A DNA stretch of 47,608 nt, the filler included. It is 2 parts of 2 records of this genome, joined end to end, with 100 filler letters (N's around TTAATTAATTAA, not from the genome) between each part and the next. Parts side by side here need not be neighbours in the genome. Positions count along the whole stretch, not along the records: positions 16,266 to 47,608 come from SRR33789315_139; 1 more part is not named here. One strand, 5' to 3'. This document shows positions 39,336-47,608 of the stretch, one piece after another. Under the pieces are notes generated by a model. It did not search any database. It was not told the DNA's origin and worked only from the letters and a program-made list of their open reading frames with translations. Position numbers and translations under genes: made by a program. The first letter of the stretch is position 1, and every line of letters starts with the position of its first letter.

Positions 39336-40052
39336 TCAAGTAAATAGCTCAGCGAGAAAGTCTGCAACCGCGCGTTGCGCGCGTTGATTGACTGCGCTGT
39401 TATAGACAGTGCCGAGCTCTTTATCGTTTGCCTGTGGATTGGTAAATGCGTGTTTAGCACCACCGTACACATGCATCTGCCAGTCAGCTTTGGCCTCTGT
39501 CATTTCCTGCTCGAATGCCAACACCTTGTCCGGCGGCCCCATGGGGTCGTCATGACCATGCAAACAAAGCACCTTTGCTACAATTTTCGCATTGGAAATT
39601 TCGCCCTGATGTAGCAGTCCATGAATACAAATCACGCCTTCGACATCGGCTCCAGAGCGAGCCAACTCTAGAACTGCCATACCGCCAAAACAATATCCAA
39701 TAGCGGCTACTCGGCTGGAATCGACTTGAGGCAACTCCTTAACAGCGTCAAGTGCCACTTTCATGCGTCGACGCAACAAGGCACGGTCTTCGGCGAAGGG
39801 GGTCATTAACGCCGAATTCCCAGCAGTATCGCCGTCCTTTCCGAAGATGCCTTGTCCATATAGATCGAGTGCGAAGCCTGCATAGCCAAGATCGACCATT
39901 CTCTCAGCCGCGTCGCATGCTAACTCACGTCGCCCACTCCAATCGTGGGCGACTAACACTACTGGCCGAGGCTCCGCTGCTGAATCTTCCCATGCGAAAT
40001 AGCCTTCTAAAGTAGTATCGCCATCTTGATATTCAATATAGTCGGTCTTCAT
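39336..40052 (-). CDS. Dienelactone hydrolase family protein
   Basis: GYCFGG nucleophile, HG.DDP, H.FTNP. Confidence 0.92.
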   Translation of the reverse strand: MKTDYIEYQDGDTTLEGYFAWEDSAAEPRPVVLVAHDWSGRRELACDAAERMVDLGYAGFALDLYGQGIFGKDGDTAGNSALMTPFAEDRALLRRRMKVALDAVKELPQVDSSRVAAIGYCFGGMAVLELARSGADVEGVICIHGLLHQGEISNAKIVAKVLCLHGHDDPMGPPDKVLAFEQEMTEAKADWQMHVYGGAKHAFTNPQANDKELGTVYNSAVNQRAQRAVADFLAELFT

Positions 40053-40079
40053 ATGCTATTTCGCCTGAGTAATTCCAGT

Positions 40080-40559
40080 TTAGAGTTTAGCGAGAATCGC
40101 TTCAGCAGCACTGACTTCTATGCCGCCTGCTGGCTCGACCGCTAGATGGCTAACAACCCCATCGTCGACGATCATGGCATAACGCTTACTGCGTGTTCCC
40201 ATACCAAAACCTGACGCGTCCATCTCTAAACCAGCAGCCTTGGTAAACTCGCCGTTGCCATCGGCTACCATCAATAGCTCTTCTGCGTTCTGCGACTTGC
40301 CCCAAGCGCCCATGACGAAGGCGTCATTGACCGAAAGGCAAACAATGGAATCGACGCCCTTGGCCTTGATCTTGTCAGCTAAAACTACATAGCCTGGTAG
40401 GTGAGTCACTGTGCAGCCCGGCGTAAACGCCCCCGGCACAGCAAACATGACGACTTTCTTACCTTTGAAAATAGCGTCTGTTGTGATGTCTTCTGGGCCT
40501 TTAGCCCCCATAGTCTTAAGAGTCAATGCAGGAATCTTGTCGCCTGTTGCAATCGTCAT
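40080..40559 (-). CDS. Prx5-type peroxiredoxin
   Basis: PGAFTPGC...HLPG, SVND.FVM.AW, RS.RYAM. Confidence 0.95.
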   Translation of the reverse strand: MTIATGDKIPALTLKTMGAKGPEDITTDAIFKGKKVVMFAVPGAFTPGCTVTHLPGYVVLADKIKAKGVDSIVCLSVNDAFVMGAWGKSQNAEELLMVADGNGEFTKAAGLEMDASGFGMGTRSKRYAMIVDDGVVSHLAVEPAGGIEVSAAEAILAKL

Positions 40560-40745
40560 TTGGAAATCTCCAATCTATTCAGTTGAATGGTTCGTCGGGG
40601 CGATACTGTTTGAAAAGTACCCCGTCGAAGAGGAATGTCTGGATTCGATAGTAGCAAAATTCCACCAAGTTACACAGGGCACGGAAGTGCGGACGCCAGC
40701 ATTTTTCAAGGGTACACTAGTAGCACTACGACTCGATGGATTCTC

Positions 40746-41570
40746 ATGGACACCCTTTTTTTCTGGGCCTCAAAACTAGTCTGGGCGCTAATCTCGCCAG
40801 ATAGTCTATTGCTGATCTTATGGTTAGGCGGTTTCGCGGCATTGCTTGTTGGCGCGACGCGTTACGCCAAAGTGCTATTGGGACTTGCCAGTGCGTTTGC
40901 GCTTATCGTGGCACTTCTCCCCATGGGCGACTGGCTATTAAGTCCGCTGGAGAGTCGCTTCCCTCCTATTGAGAGACTTCCCGAGAATGTCGATGGCATC
41001 ATCGTGCTCGGCGGTTCATTGAATACATTGACTAGTGAGTCTTGGCAGCAGTTTCAAACTAATGATGCTGCAGAACGACTTTGGGCCTTCACCTCACTCG
41101 CAAGGCAATTTCCCGACGCACAGCTTTTGTTTAGCGGTGGCAGTGGTGTTCTCACTGGCCAAGGATCGAAGGAAGCGGACTATCTACCTGCACTCTTCAA
41201 AGAGGCCGGCCTTAGCGAGCGAGCGCTGACCCTCGAAGCACAATCCCGCAATACCTATGAGAACGTTGTACTTAGTAAGGCTCTAGTAGCGCCGCAGCCT
41301 GGGCAACGTTGGATCCTCATCACCTCGGCGGCGCATATGCCTAGGGCGGTAGGAATTTTCTGTGCACAGCAATGGCCGGTTTTGCCCTATCCTGTAGATT
41401 ACCGCTCAGATCCTCAGCGTCTTGGGCGCGTGGAGTTTCGCTTTGCTGAACATTTGCAAGACTTACGTGATGCAAGCCACGAATGGGTTGGGCTGCTAGC
41501 CTATTTTATTACCGGTAAGACCGCCCGTCTTTTACCCAGTCAGTCCTCAGAATGCGCACTTTCGAGTTGA
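40746..41570 (+). CDS. YdcF/DUF218 (ElyC/SanA-like) membrane protein
   Basis: IIVLGG, SGG.G, SRNTYEN, TSA.HMPRA, HEW.GL..Y; start at ATG 40746. Confidence 0.88.
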   Translation: MDTLFFWASKLVWALISPDSLLLILWLGGFAALLVGATRYAKVLLGLASAFALIVALLPMGDWLLSPLESRFPPIERLPENVDGIIVLGGSLNTLTSESWQQFQTNDAAERLWAFTSLARQFPDAQLLFSGGSGVLTGQGSKEADYLPALFKEAGLSERALTLEAQSRNTYENVVLSKALVAPQPGQRWILITSAAHMPRAVGIFCAQQWPVLPYPVDYRSDPQRLGRVEFRFAEHLQDLRDASHEWVGLLAYFITGKTARLLPSQSSECALSS

Positions 41571-42391
41571 GCGGGGCTGCTTTTCTCCATGTGAATTACA
41601 GACTCTATCCACTCCAAATGCGCTGAGACACGCTCGTAAACTGCCACCGCGCCATACAGTCCCTGCACACCAGCAGGTGCGGTTTGCGCAGCGATTTCAC
41701 CAATCGCAATTCCCGCGATACTCCAACCATCATCGGTCTGTAGCAGGGCCGGACCGCCACTATCGCCGAGGCCGGGCAAGCCCTCTAGATCGACAGCGCG
41801 GCTAGAGGGTATGCGCGGATCGTCGAAATCGAAACGCAAGCGTCCCTGCGCCTCACTCACACGATTATTCGCCATTCGAAAGCGGCCATCGTCAAGTTGA
41901 ATGCCCGTCGTGCCAACGCCGGAAAAACCCCAGCCTACAAGAGTAGCCACACGATCTAACTCATCTTGAAAGCGGTACAGGGGCAGTGGAACCGGGATAG
42001 CAAGGGGCTCACTAAGATGCAACAAGGCAAGATCTACCTCCTCGCTGGCGTGACCCTCCTCGTAACGGAATGCATAATTCGGGTGCATCACCACCTGATC
42101 GATACCCGACATGCCCCCGGCGATTTGCACTGCGTATTCACCAGCGCGCGCGATGTGAGCACGCAGATCGGTCTCCTCGACGCAGTGCGCCGCGGTCAGT
42201 GCCCACTGCGCATCGATGAGTGTCGCCACACAGATCTTCCGCGTGGAACGCAGCTCTAACCAGAACACGGCCGGAAAAGTGGATTCACTGGCAACGTAGC
42301 GAGAGTATCCAGTATCATGGCGAATAACGATGGCGTGCGCGCTCGTGAGCGATGCCAAAAGCAACACTATGATGAAAATTCGACTTGGCAC
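41540..42391 (-). CDS. Secreted trypsin-like (S1) serine protease
   Basis: Signal peptide ending AHA, LTAAHC, DLALL, GDSGGP. Confidence 0.9.
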   Translation of the reverse strand: MPSRIFIIVLLLASLTSAHAIVIRHDTGYSRYVASESTFPAVFWLELRSTRKICVATLIDAQWALTAAHCVEETDLRAHIARAGEYAVQIAGGMSGIDQVVMHPNYAFRYEEGHASEEVDLALLHLSEPLAIPVPLPLYRFQDELDRVATLVGWGFSGVGTTGIQLDDGRFRMANNRVSEAQGRLRFDFDDPRIPSSRAVDLEGLPGLGDSGGPALLQTDDGWSIAGIAIGEIAAQTAPAGVQGLYGAVAVYERVSAHLEWIESVIHMEKSSPAQLESAHSED

Positions 42392-42457
42392 CGTGCTATT
42401 TCCTAAACGTTGAAATGAAACTCAAACCCGCCCTCTTCAACAAAGAGAAGGTTCCTT

Positions 42458-42661
42458 ATGACTAACGAAACAGAACCAAAAAAGACTGCGACAAACGTGA
42501 CTCAAGCCGCGCTCGACGATGAGCGCGAGTATGAGCAAACTGGCCTGTATCCTCCCGGCGAGAAGCCGTTCCGCCTCTTTGGACTATTCGGCAGCCTTAT
42601 CGGCGTCATCATCTTCATCGCCGTCGCCGCCGTGGTACTCGATAGACTACTTATCCAATAG
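42458..42661 (+). CDS. Small single-pass membrane protein
   Basis: 67 aa, GAGAAGG Shine-Dalgarno, C-terminal hydrophobic helix. Confidence 0.6.
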   Translation: MTNETEPKKTATNVTQAALDDEREYEQTGLYPPGEKPFRLFGLFGSLIGVIIFIAVAAVVLDRLLIQ

Positions 42662-42663
42662 CG

Positions 42664-42846
42664 CTAGCGCCGCAACCGCCGGGTTACGCGCAGATTTGGG
42701 CGTTCTCGCTTCTTGGTTGTCATCTTAAAGATTTTATAAAGCCGATATACGATAACGAGTATTGCCACGATCACGAAGGCGATAATCGAGACGACCAGCC
42801 ACTGCTCTTGCGTCCAATTATTCGCCATCATCCAACCTTCCAACAT
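42664..42846 (-). CDS. Small single-pass membrane protein with basic tail
   Basis: 60 aa, AGGAGG Shine-Dalgarno, one TM followed by a Lys/Arg-rich C-terminus. Confidence 0.65.
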   Translation of the reverse strand: MLEGWMMANNWTQEQWLVVSIIAFVIVAILVIVYRLYKIFKMTTKKRERPNLRVTRRLRR

Positions 42847-42874
42847 AACTGGCCCTCCTATCTAATATAGTCTT

Positions 42875-43513
42875 TCAGGCTTCATCGATCATGCGATGTA
42901 TCAGCCCTTCGATTTGGTCTATGCGCTGGTGGGGGTCCTGCAATTCCAGAAGCGCCTGCTTACGCTCCAACGACAGAGGCACTAACTCACTAAGTCGCCA
43001 TCCCAGTTCGCGTAAATCGTGATAGGCGATTGCCATGCCCAATTTGCTAATGACGGGGTGGCTCACCAACTGCTCGACAAGATCCACCAAGACTTCCTGC
43101 TGTGCACTCACCTCAAGTTGTGGCTCGCCCACGAAATCGGTATCGCAAAAGCGCACCGTTGCCATCAACACTTGGCTCTCATCGTACGCGCAATCCTGCA
43201 CATTAAACTTATGCTGGCCTTCTACCGTAACGCCAAGCAGCCCATTCGGCAATTGATCCCAATCCACTACCTTGGCGTAGGTTCCCACGCGATGAACCTG
43301 CTGTTTGGAACCGGGCTTTACGACTTCCTCACCCTCCTTGAGCAGACAGACGCCAAAGCCCTCATCGTTACGCAGGCACTGGGTAATCAGGTTGATGTAG
43401 CGCTGCTCAAAAATCTGCAGCGGCAGTCGGCCTTTCGGAAAAAGAACTGACTTAAGCGGAAATAGAGCAATCTGACTGGACTCTCCCCCTCGGGTTGACG
43501 GCGTATCAATCAT
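42875..43513 (-). CDS. LON peptidase substrate-binding domain protein
   Basis: LFPL..VLFP...LPL.IFE.RY, FGV, KQ.LLE. Confidence 0.9.
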   Translation of the reverse strand: MIDTPSTRGGESSQIALFPLKSVLFPKGRLPLQIFEQRYINLITQCLRNDEGFGVCLLKEGEEVVKPGSKQQVHRVGTYAKVVDWDQLPNGLLGVTVEGQHKFNVQDCAYDESQVLMATVRFCDTDFVGEPQLEVSAQQEVLVDLVEQLVSHPVISKLGMAIAYHDLRELGWRLSELVPLSLERKQALLELQDPHQRIDQIEGLIHRMIDEA

Positions 43514-44931
43514 GTCGACTTCGCCCGCAACGCCTGCAACAGTTTCTGGTGAATCCCACCAAAACCTCCGTTGCTCATGATGACAATGTCGTCGCCAGGC
43601 CTTGCCTCTCCCGCCAAGGTGTCCACTAAACCCTCAATCGAATCCACTAGTCGTGCCGGCGTAGGACTATCCTTTACAACACTGGCGAGGTCGAAGGCTG
43701 CAGTTCCTGCATCGAACCAGTAAGTGAAGTCGGCACTCCGACAAGATTGTGCCAACACCTCTTTGTGCACGCCCATCTTCATCGTGTTGGAGCGCGGCTC
43801 GATTACCGCAATGAGTCGACCAGGGCGCTCTGCCTTCTCAAACTTGGCGCGCATACCTTCGAGAGTGATAGCAATTGCCGTAGGGTGATGAGCGAAGTCG
43901 TCATAGACTCGCACGCCGTTAATCTCGCCTAGTAATTCTTGGCGACGCTTGACCCCCTTGAACTGCGCCAGCGCCTCGCAGGCCACTGCGATTTCGACCC
44001 CCGCGTGATGCGCAGCTGCAACAGCTGCCATTGCATTACGCACATTGTGGGTTCCACTGAGTGACCACTGCACTTGTGCAGCAGGTTGGGGGTTGCCATC
44101 GACGCGCTTACCGATCTCAAAATAACTGCCATCAGCGCTATGTAAACGCACAAACCATGACATGCCCTTTTCCTGCACTGCGGCAGAATCGTCCTCGCCA
44201 AGCAGATCCATCGCCTGGTGTTGACTCCAACATCCTTGCTCCAATACCGCGTTCAGATTGTCGTCGTCCCGTGGCGACAAAATCAAGCCATTGCCCGGGA
44301 TGATGCGCACCAAGTGATGAAATTGGCGTTGAATGGCGGCGAGATCGGGAAAGATATCCCCATGATCGAACTCGAGATTGTTGAAGATCGCTGTGCGCGG
44401 GGAATAGTGTACAAATTTAGACCGTTTATCGAAGAACGCGCTGTCGTATTCATCCGCCTCGACAACGAAAAACGGCAACTCTCCTACATCGGCCGAGCTG
44501 CTAAAATTACTCGCAACTCCGCCAATGAGATAACCCGGCTTCAAACCCGCGTAGCTCAATATCCAGGCCAACATCGAACTCGTGGTGGTCTTGCCATGAG
44601 TCCCCGCTACCGCCAACACCCAGCGTCCGCGCAGGACATAGCGCGACAACCACTGGGGACCCGAGCAATAATCTAGGCCTTGCTCGAGTGTATACTCAAC
44701 CGCCGGATTACCCCGCGATAGGGCGTTGCCGATCACTACTAGATCGGGATGAGGCTGCAGGTGCTCTGCCTTAAAACCCTGCATAAGGGCAATGCCCTGC
44801 TCCTCCAGCTGTGTGCTCATTGGAGGGTAGACGTTGGCATCGCAACCACTAACGGTATGGCCCATCTGCTTAGCCAAAACGGCCAGACTCCCCATGAAGG
44901 TGCCGCAGATGCCCAATATATGGATATGCAT
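43510..44931 (-). CDS. mpl: Murein peptide ligase
   Basis: HILGICGTFMG, GTHGKTTT, EADEYDSAFFDKRSKF, DDFAHHPTA, MSNGGF. Confidence 0.97.
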   Translation of the reverse strand: MHIHILGICGTFMGSLAVLAKQMGHTVSGCDANVYPPMSTQLEEQGIALMQGFKAEHLQPHPDLVVIGNALSRGNPAVEYTLEQGLDYCSGPQWLSRYVLRGRWVLAVAGTHGKTTTSSMLAWILSYAGLKPGYLIGGVASNFSSSADVGELPFFVVEADEYDSAFFDKRSKFVHYSPRTAIFNNLEFDHGDIFPDLAAIQRQFHHLVRIIPGNGLILSPRDDDNLNAVLEQGCWSQHQAMDLLGEDDSAAVQEKGMSWFVRLHSADGSYFEIGKRVDGNPQPAAQVQWSLSGTHNVRNAMAAVAAAHHAGVEIAVACEALAQFKGVKRRQELLGEINGVRVYDDFAHHPTAIAITLEGMRAKFEKAERPGRLIAVIEPRSNTMKMGVHKEVLAQSCRSADFTYWFDAGTAAFDLASVVKDSPTPARLVDSIEGLVDTLAGEARPGDDIVIMSNGGFGGIHQKLLQALRAKST

Positions 44932-45050
44932 AATTCAGTCTCTAAATTCCGGTGGCTCACCACAAAGTGGCACTGCCTAGTGGGCAGCATTGTCTCAAAA
45001 TAGTCGTTACAGTAACATCCCGAACCACTACTTCCGCTAGGCTTGCCAAG

Positions 45051-45578
45051 ATGCACGAATCATTCTGGGATTATTCCTGCCGACTCTACGCTCGCCCCCT
45101 GGTTAGCAGCACATGCCTAGCCTTGCAGAATGAGCATGGCCTCGACGTCAATTTATTGCTCTTTGCTACTTGGCACGCCCACACTCGAGGACCACTGGAT
45201 GCAGCCACTCTGGATGCCGCAAGGGGCTATTCGGTGGCCTATTCTGGCGCAGTGGTGCGCTCACTTCGAAAGGCGAGAACTTGGCTCAAAAAACAAGCAC
45301 AGGGAATGGACGACATCTCGATGCAGGAGCGAGAGGGAATGCTCGATCTGCGCGACCAAATCGCAGCATTGGAGCTGCATGCCGAGCACTTTCAACAAGA
45401 TCGACTAGAGGCTCTGTGTAAAGCCCCTAGCCAAGCGCTCGATGAAGCCACTCAAAGGCAGGCGGCAATTGCCAATCTTTACGCGGTAATAAGTACAGAA
45501 ACGGCGCGAGACCATGCATTACAGTCAAAACTAGACACTCTTATCAATGCGCTTTTCGAATCCCCTCCCAGCGCTTAA
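45051..45578 (+). CDS. TIGR02444/DUF2390 family protein
   Basis: FW.YS..LY..P.V...CL.LQ...G.DVNLLL, EL.AE; start at ATG 45051. Confidence 0.82.
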   Translation: MHESFWDYSCRLYARPLVSSTCLALQNEHGLDVNLLLFATWHAHTRGPLDAATLDAARGYSVAYSGAVVRSLRKARTWLKKQAQGMDDISMQEREGMLDLRDQIAALELHAEHFQQDRLEALCKAPSQALDEATQRQAAIANLYAVISTETARDHALQSKLDTLINALFESPPSA

Positions 45579-46116
45579 CGATGCCGGGATCGAGGTCGAA
45601 TAGATCCAAAACCCTGCCCACGCTGTGGTTGATAATGTCATCGATCGTCTGGGGATTGTTGTACAGCGCAGGCATCGGCGGGGCGATAATTGCGCCGAGC
45701 TGACACGCCTTTAACATCAATTCGCAATGCCCTGCATGCAAGGGCGACTCTCTTGGCATTAGCACCAATCGGCGCTTCTCTTTGAGCACTACATCCGCAG
45801 CGCGAATGAGTAAATTGTCCGCATAGGAATGGACGATCGCCGACAGCGACTTCATAGAACATGGCGCTACAATCATGCCGTCAGTGCGGAAGGAGCCACT
45901 GGCGATGGAGGCTGCCATGTCGTTGATCGGGTGAACATGATCAGCAAGTGCTTGGACTGCACTCAACTCCCACTGCGTTTCGATGGCGATATTCATCTTT
46001 GCCGATGGCGTCAGTATCAGATGAGTTTCGACCTCGGGCAGTGTCTTCAAAATTTCCAGTAGACGGATGCCGTAGATCAACCCACTCGCACCCGACATAC
46101 CAATCGTTATTCGCAT
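45544..46116 (-). CDS. ubiX: Flavin prenyltransferase UbiX
   Basis: GMSGASG, APCSMKSL, RAADV.LKE.R.L, PRESP. Confidence 0.95.
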   Translation of the reverse strand: MRITIGMSGASGLIYGIRLLEILKTLPEVETHLILTPSAKMNIAIETQWELSAVQALADHVHPINDMAASIASGSFRTDGMIVAPCSMKSLSAIVHSYADNLLIRAADVVLKEKRRLVLMPRESPLHAGHCELMLKACQLGAIIAPPMPALYNNPQTIDDIINHSVGRVLDLFDLDPGIVKRWEGIRKAH

Positions 46117-46227
46117 CGTTCTTCCTCTCTAACTCATTACATCGCCCGGGTCGCCGTTGCCTTGCAAAGCGGCAACGGGGTAACATCGTTGCTTCTAATA
46201 ACGGGCAGACTAGCAGGTTCTCTCAAC

Positions 46228-47487
46228 ATGGCCAAAGCAAACCTTTTTTACGCACAATCCGGTGGTGTTACCTCGGTAATCAATGCCAGCGCCTGTGGCG
46301 TGATTGAAACCGCGCGTCAGAACAAAGACAGAATAGGGAAAGTATACGCAGGCCGCAACGGCATCATAGGGGCGCTGCAAGAAGAGCTAATCGACACCGG
46401 AAAGGAGTCAGCCTCTGCAATCGCCGCTCTACGTCATACGCCCGCTGGGGCATTTGGATCATGCCGGTATAAGCTAAAGAGTTTCTCGGAGAACAAGGCG
46501 GAGTATGAACGCCTGATGGAAGTCTTCAAAGCACATAACATTCGTTACTTCCTCTACAACGGCGGTGGTGATTCGCAAGACACGGCGAATAAAATAGCGC
46601 AATTGAGCATGGAGGTAGGCTTCCCCATTCAGTGTATTGGCGTCCCGAAGACAGTGGACAACGACCTCCCCATCACGGACAACTGCCCGGGCTTCGGTTC
46701 CGTTGCCAAATATGTTGCGGTATCAATTCGTGAAGCCGGCTTAGACGTTGCGTCAATGTGTGAAAGCTCTACCAAGGTTTTCGTCATGGAAGTAATGGGC
46801 CGCCATGCTGGATGGATTGCAGGTGCCGCGGGTTTAGCTGCTGAAGAGGAAGGCGATGCGCCTCACATCATCTTGTTTCCAGAGATCGCTTTCGATCAGA
46901 AAAAATTCCTCAAGAAAGTACAAAGCTGTGTGAAAAAATACGGCTATTGTGCTGTGGTTGTTTCGGAAGGCGCGCAGAATAAAGACGGCAGTTTCCTAGC
47001 GGACGCTGGTGGCAAAGATGCCTTCGGCCACGTCCAATTAGGAGGCGTTGCCCCGTTCGTGGCGGAGATGGTTAAGCGGGAACTTGGTTACAAATACCAT
47101 TGGGCAGTATCGGACTACTTGCAGCGAGCAGCACGACACATCGCATCAGCAACAGATGTAGATCAGGCCTATGCAATGGGCAAAGCGGCTGTAGAGTTTG
47201 CATTGGCTGGCAAGAATGCGGTTATGCCAACAATCGTGCGCAAACCTGGCAAGAAATATAGTTGGAGTGTTGGCGAGGCGAAACTTTCTGCAGTAGCCAA
47301 CGTGGAAAAAACAATGCCGCGCAATTTCATCACGAAGGATGGCTTCGGGATCACGCAAGCGGCGCGCGATTATTTCGCGCCTCTAATCATGGGCGAGGAC
47401 TACCCACCCTACAAAAACGGCTTGCCCCAATACGCTCGACTCAAGAAAGTCTTGGCGCCGAAAAAACTCAAGTCTTGGAAGATCTAG
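46228..47487 (+). CDS. 6-phosphofructokinase, probably pyrophosphate-dependent
   Basis: QSGG.T.VIN, GGGDS (Asp at position 104 equivalent), PKTVDND (Lys at 124 equivalent), MGRHAGW. Confidence 0.9.
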   Translation: MAKANLFYAQSGGVTSVINASACGVIETARQNKDRIGKVYAGRNGIIGALQEELIDTGKESASAIAALRHTPAGAFGSCRYKLKSFSENKAEYERLMEVFKAHNIRYFLYNGGGDSQDTANKIAQLSMEVGFPIQCIGVPKTVDNDLPITDNCPGFGSVAKYVAVSIREAGLDVASMCESSTKVFVMEVMGRHAGWIAGAAGLAAEEEGDAPHIILFPEIAFDQKKFLKKVQSCVKKYGYCAVVVSEGAQNKDGSFLADAGGKDAFGHVQLGGVAPFVAEMVKRELGYKYHWAVSDYLQRAARHIASATDVDQAYAMGKAAVEFALAGKNAVMPTIVRKPGKKYSWSVGEAKLSAVANVEKTMPRNFITKDGFGITQAARDYFAPLIMGEDYPPYKNGLPQYARLKKVLAPKKLKSWKI

Positions 47488-47583
47488 CAGAGAGTCCAGC
47501 GCTGATTTAAGGTAGATATCACTCAACGCTTCTGTGGTATTTAGTCAGTGCTGGAGTGCGCTGCACGGTAGGGGATGCTGAGA

Positions 47584-47608
47584 GACGCCGTGAATACATC
47601 CATGTAGG
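47584..47608. repeat. Possible start of a dispersed palindromic intergenic repeat, cut by the sequence end
   Basis: GACGCCGTGAATACATCCATGTAGG resembles from memory a gammaproteobacterial extragenic palindromic element; internal TACAT-CC-ATGTA inverted repeat. Confidence 0.4.

Overview
The window is two unrelated contigs joined by an artificial 100-nt spacer (44 N + TTAATTAATTAA + 44 N, 16166-16265). Contig A (1-16165) is AT-rich and Alteromonadales-like. It holds the end of a cbb3 oxidase locus (ccoP, ccoH, ccoI, ccoS, DsbD_2/TauE-type gene) that lacks the usual fnr, then uspE, a His-rich ABC permease/ATPase pair, ttcA, rssA, DUF2987, a Bax-type glucosaminidase, LysE, cobB, and the start of an RpiR-amidase-GGT (HpxW-like) catabolic locus with a doubled palindromic operator. 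Contig B (16266-47608) is visibly more GC-rich and resembles a marine oligotrophic gammaproteobacterium (OM182/Pseudohongiella-like; inference). It opens inside a protein with (Ser-Gly-Lys)n repeats that the ORF track missed. It continues with an ECF sigma/anti-sigma/metal-sensor trio, trhO, recQ, a GDT1 Mn exporter, an endostatin-like secreted protein, cbpAM-CYTH, a PlcP-type phospholipase under a phased Pho-box array, two divergent PAL-like NHL propellers, a TonB-dependent receptor, mpl, ubiX and a PPi-type phosphofructokinase. I found no rRNA, tRNA, CRISPR array, transposase, integrase or recognisable defence system. The best leads are the SGK-repeat protein, the Pho-box/PlcP phosphate-starvation module, the RpiR operator and the divergent PAL-like pair. 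All family calls come from motif recognition by eye, with no database searches.
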